NCBI GenBank assembly: GCA_038087875.1
Contig: CM075988.1
Coordinates: forward strand, 9,116,001-9,180,000
Source: Malacoraja senta
Lineage: Eukaryota
DNA length: 64,000 bases
Reading direction: 5' to 3'
This document shows positions 63,701-64,000 of this stretch, piece after piece (the first letter of the stretch is position 1; each line of letters starts with the position of its first letter). The position numbers and the translations under genes are program-made. The notes beneath the pieces are model-generated. The model had not been told where the DNA came from and did not search any database. It worked only from the letters and a program-made list of their open reading frames with translations.

Positions 63701-64000
63701 CCTAGTTATAGCAAGATATTAGGATTATGTTAAAGGAGAGGCAGAGAGATCTGTAGGAAGATCTTAGAATAAAGGAAAAAAAGTAAACGTTGGATCGTAG
63801 TACAAAATCATACTCACAGTGGAAAGCCATTCGGCCCATCATCTTTGTACGTGTACCTTCTGTGTACAACCCAGAATCCACTGGCATTTTGGGAGATTCT
63901 GCAACCCAGAAGGACACTGAGCGAAACACAAAGAATGAACTCTGGCTGGTGGGGAGAGGGTAATTATTATTAATTCCAATTTCTCTCCCCACGGTCCAAT

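Overview
This is eukaryotic, repeat-saturated, mostly non-coding DNA. The repeat families point to a cartilaginous fish, most likely a skate or ray (inference). I recognise no complete host gene, rRNA, true tRNA or CRISPR array, and nearly all listed ORFs are repeat fragments or chance ORFs. Main contents: (1) two full-length but coding-dead DIRS1-type tyrosine-recombinase retrotransposons (23194-27664 minus, 56780-61564 plus) whose terminal repeats and internal complementary region (ICR) are almost intact, both integrated at an ATT/AAT core; (2) many Penelope-like fragments and fold-back hairpin inserts with GIY-YIG remnants, minimal hammerhead-ribozyme motifs and roughly 11-17 bp flanking duplications; (3) a 647-bp solo LTR with a 4-bp target site duplication (TSD); (4) four PIF/Harbinger-type MITEs and one Tigger-like element; (5) about 16 HE1-type tRNA-derived SINEs and many CR1 and Rex1-type 3' fragments; (6) a young AFC-like CORE-SINE and an L2 fragment that look teleost-like; (7) a few local duplications and weak candidate host exons. 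Coordinates of decayed repeats were read by eye and are approximate.
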